Position numbers and translations under genes: made by a program
Source: Acaryochloris thomasi RCC1774
GTDB taxonomy: Bacteria > Cyanobacteriota > Cyanobacteriia > Thermosynechococcales > Thermosynechococcaceae
Direction: 5' to 3'
DNA: 32,000 nt
NCBI RefSeq assembly: GCF_003231495.1
Contig: NZ_PQWO01000007.1
Coordinates: 234,424-266,423, forward strand
Notes under the pieces: generated by a model
What the model was told of the DNA's origin: nothing
Databases searched by the model: none
The model's input: the letters and a program-made list of their open reading frames with translations, nothing else
Shown here: piece by piece, positions 29,629 to 32,000 of the stretch
Numbering within the stretch: the first letter of the stretch is position 1
How the letters are laid out: each line of letters begins with the position of its first letter

Positions 29629-29642
29629 CAACAAGGTTGTTG
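29629..29642. promoter_or_regulatory. SufR operator candidate 1 (CAAC-N6-GTTG)
   Basis: caac-aaggtt-gttg lies in the sufB/sufR divergent intergenic region, 80 nt upstream of the sufB ATG. Confidence 0.6.
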
Positions 29643-29669
29643 CTTAACTTTTATTTTAGGATACTTTAG

Positions 29670-29683
29670 CAACAATTATGTTG
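29670..29683. promoter_or_regulatory. SufR operator candidate 2 (CAAC-N6-GTTG)
   Basis: caac-aattat-gttg lies 88 nt upstream of the sufR GTG. TATAAT at 29616-29621 (+) is a possible sufR -10 element. Confidence 0.6.
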
Positions 29684-29770
29684 TGAAAGTCAAAAAAATC
29701 CTGTTAGCCTAAATTTGGGGCTAAGTACTTTTCCCGTTAAAGGCGATCGCAACTCTTTCCTTGGAATGCC

Positions 29771-30418
29771 GTGACCACTGCACATTCGACCAAAGAAGAT
29801 ATCCTCAACGCACTCTTGCGGCAGGGTGAAATAACTGCGCAAAAGCTAGCAACTCAGCTATCAGTGAGTCCGCAGGCGATTCGGCGACATCTGAAAGACC
29901 TAGAAGCAGAAGGATTGATCAAATTTGAGGTGACCCATGAAGGGATGGGGCGTCCGCAACATGTATATAAATTGAGTCGAGCAGGACGCGATCGCTTCCC
30001 TGATCGCCATGACGAGTTTGTAGTGGATTTATTAGATACGCTGTCAGAAACCCTCAGCCCTGATCAAATGCGGAGTGTGCTGAGAAAGCAGTGGGAACGC
30101 AAGGCTTTAGAGTATCAGGCTCAGCTCGGCAATGGTCCCTTGCTAGAACGCGTAGAGAGCCTAGTTGAATTGCGGCGGGCAGAAGGGTATATGGCGGAGT
30201 ACTATCCGGTCCCTGAAGATTCTGACCCTAGTTCTGCCACTCAGTTTGTATTGACGGAGTATAACTGCGCGATTTCACAGGTGGCAGAGTTGTTCCCCAG
30301 CGTTTGCGATCACGAGTTAGAGATGTTTGCGGTAGCGCTTAATGATTGTCAGGTAGAGCGCACCCATTGGATCGTTGATGGTGAGCATCGCTGCGGATAC
30401 CGGATTCAGGCACAGTAG
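29771..30418 (+). CDS. sufR: iron-sulfur cluster biosynthesis transcriptional regulator SufR
   Basis: An N-terminal winged-helix region (ITAQKLATQLSVSPQAIRRHLKDLEAEGLI) and four C-terminal Cys residues (C-X12-C-X13-C-X14-C). It is divergent from sufBCDS. Confidence 0.9.
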   Translation: MTTAHSTKEDILNALLRQGEITAQKLATQLSVSPQAIRRHLKDLEAEGLIKFEVTHEGMGRPQHVYKLSRAGRDRFPDRHDEFVVDLLDTLSETLSPDQMRSVLRKQWERKALEYQAQLGNGPLLERVESLVELRRAEGYMAEYYPVPEDSDPSSATQFVLTEYNCAISQVAELFPSVCDHELEMFAVALNDCQVERTHWIVDGEHRCGYRIQAQ

Positions 30419-30439
30419 GTCGTTGGCGCAAATCAGCCG

Positions 30440-30769
30440 TTATCCCGAAATGATCCTGGTATAGGCCGGGGAGTTAGGCTTAGAATTGGGAGTGACTCGA
30501 ATTTCGATATCGCTACCTAATGTATTGAGAAAGCGAAATAATCGTTCTATAGAAAAGCCCGTTAGCTTTCCTCGGGTTAGCGCAGAGATTTTGGGCTGAT
30601 CAACTCCCAGCAACTCAGCCGCTTGAATCTGAGTGAGTTGGCGCTCTGTAATGCGCTCAGAGATATGATGAGCTAGCTCAGCCTTAAGCAATAATTCATC
30701 AGAATCAGGTAGGCAAAGATCGGCAAAAACATTGCCGCTACTCATTTGTACCGTGATCTCTTCAGTCAT
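30440..30769 (-). CDS. XRE-family HTH antitoxin (HigA-like)
   Basis: Trimmed to the ATG at 30767-30769. SSGNVFADLCLPDSDELLLKAELA...LTQIQAAELLGVDQPKISALTRGKLTGFSIERLFRFL is the common antitoxin partner of Gp49/HigB-like toxins. Confidence 0.8.
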   Translation of the reverse strand: MTEEITVQMSSGNVFADLCLPDSDELLLKAELAHHISERITERQLTQIQAAELLGVDQPKISALTRGKLTGFSIERLFRFLNTLGSDIEIRVTPNSKPNSPAYTRIISG

Positions 30770-30770
30770 C

Positions 30771-31151
30771 TTATTTCTCCTCATTGCGCTGCTGAAAAAC
30801 AGTTTGATAGTGCTCTCTAGCTCTCTGTAGGCGGGCTTTAATCAGATCGATATCTTGTTTGGGCGTAGCGATTCCGCGCTTAGACTTTTTCTGGAAGGCA
30901 TGTAAGACGTAGACAAGCCCTGCAAACTTCACTGTATAGATTGCTCGATAGGTGTCTCCATCGAAGTTCTCAACAACTTCAAGGACACCGGAACCTTTAA
31001 ATCCTTTCAACGGCTTGGTGTCGGGATGTTTGCTTCCAAGCTGAGCGCGATAGAGTGCAAAGCCCATTATCTGCTGCACTTCTTTTGGGAATTGCTTCAG
31101 GTCATTGAGAGAGCTGCCAATCCATTCGAGTGACTTGGGTAAAGTATCCAT
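30771..31151 (-). CDS. RelE/HigB-superfamily toxin (phage Gp49-like, DUF891-type)
   Basis: Trimmed to the ATG at 31149-31151. WIGSSLNDLKQFPKEVQQIMGFALYRAQLGSKHPDTKPLKGFKGSGVLEVVENFDGDTYRAIYTVKFAGLVYVLHAFQKKSK. The toxin gene is upstream of the antitoxin with a 1-nt gap. Confidence 0.8.
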   Translation of the reverse strand: MDTLPKSLEWIGSSLNDLKQFPKEVQQIMGFALYRAQLGSKHPDTKPLKGFKGSGVLEVVENFDGDTYRAIYTVKFAGLVYVLHAFQKKSKRGIATPKQDIDLIKARLQRAREHYQTVFQQRNEEK

Positions 31152-31158
31152 TAAATTG

Positions 31159-31188
31159 ACTATGTCAGATATAGCATAAAGTGTCAAA
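31159..31188 (-). promoter_or_regulatory. candidate promoter of the toxin-antitoxin cassette
   Basis: On the minus strand: TTGACA (31183-31188), an 18-nt spacer, then CATAGT (31159-31164). This predicts a start site within a few nt of the toxin ATG, and no Shine-Dalgarno is visible. The palindrome tgac-tat-gtca overlaps the -10 element. Confidence 0.35.
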
Positions 31189-31206
31189 TGTAGTGGCTGG
31201 CTGATT

Positions 31207-31351
31207 TTGACAGAATATGGAAGTGCGGTTTTGGAGGTGGCAGGGTTGTTTCTGGGTGTTTGCGTTGGCGCTCAATGGCTATCAGGTAAAGCGCACCCAC
31301 TGGATTATTGATGGTGAGTATCGCTGCGGCTATCAGATTCAGGCACAGTAC
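31207..31351 (+). pseudogene. decayed duplicate of the sufR 3' end (last ~55 codons)
   Basis: Hand alignment to 30251-30418. The last 87 nt (31265-31351 versus 30332-30418) show 72 of 87 identities. A 23-nt deletion lies between two gtttgcg repeats (a frameshift), a Cys codon tgt has become tat, and the stop tag has become tac. Confidence 0.75.
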
Positions 31352-32000
31352 AACGATCCATAATCTAATCTCTCTTTGTTTGGGAAGAGAATCCCTGTTC
31401 TTGTTGCCATAGTTACCGGAGATAGAGAGGGTTGAGGATGATGCTTTGTCAGAGCTTCAACAAAGCATCAAACACGATCTCGTGGAACAGGGAACGAGAT
31501 TGACCGACAGACGAAGGCGCTGATAGAGGTAATTGAAAAATGACAGTTTGAAGTGATCTTCAAAGATGACAGGGGGGTAGGATAGAGGTGAGAGTATTCG
31601 ACCTAAAACGCTCAACAATATGTAACGGCTTCGCAGCGGTGCAAACACCCACACCTTTATTGTTTGTAGGGACAATAACATGATCAGTTTTACCCTATCC
31701 AATTGGCTCAACCATATTGAGTCAGCCGTTATCAAGATTGCCTTAGGGCTTATGATCCTTGCCTCTATTTTAGCTCTGACTACCTGGATTAATGCGCTGG
31801 GGACTCTGGGGTAGTGGAAAAGCTACGCAAGATTAAAGCCCTAGCGGACAACGGCGCGACGGCTGGAGAACGTCAGGCAGCGGCAAGGCTGCTCAAAAAA
31901 GGGTAGTCCTAAACGGGTAAGGATATTCTATCGATAAGGGGATGTATGTTCTCCTATGCTTATGCGAGTGTTGACTCGTCGTCATCCATCGTTTTCCGTG

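Noticed and set aside
31457-31735. 92-aa minus-strand ORF near the window end
   Set aside because: It has no motif, an odd low-complexity composition and no ribosome-binding site, and it overlaps the more plausible + strand mini-ORF region.
1-32000. Search for CRISPR arrays, rRNA/tRNA genes, transposases, integrases or long terminal inverted repeats
   Set aside because: I saw no regularly spaced direct repeats, no rRNA or tRNA signatures, and no ORF with transposase or integrase motifs. The only mobility-related signals are the TA cassette and the duplicated sufR end.

Overview
This is a cyanobacterial chromosomal segment. The evidence is the psbD-psbC operon, ycf4, divergent sufR/sufBCDS, and 17 exact copies of the HIP1 palindrome GCGATCGC. 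All protein calls come from reading the supplied translations by eye; no HMM or BLAST search was run. Most of the window is housekeeping: an RND pump fragment, dps, secA, psbDC, ycf4, a lumenal cyclophilin, prfA, a THUMP methyltransferase, scpA, hslO, an M19 dipeptidase and sufRBCDS. I found no rRNA, tRNA, CRISPR array, transposase or integrase. The best candidate for an undescribed system is an AT-rich two-gene module at 4774-7363, preceded by 896 bp of ORF-free DNA. Its first gene encodes a Roadblock/LC7 protein with a large unassigned, possibly longin-like, N-terminal domain. Its second gene encodes a Ras/MglA-like GTPase fused to a transmembrane helix and TPR repeats. Other notable items: an in-frame EamA transporter-NDH-2 fusion; a HigB/HigA-type cassette inserted behind sufR next to a decayed copy of the sufR 3' end; a nonsense-riddled DUF4160/DUF2442 relic; two CAAC-N6-GTTG SufR operator matches; an exact HLR1 (RpaB) match upstream of ycf4; and a 588-aa repeat protein of unknown function.
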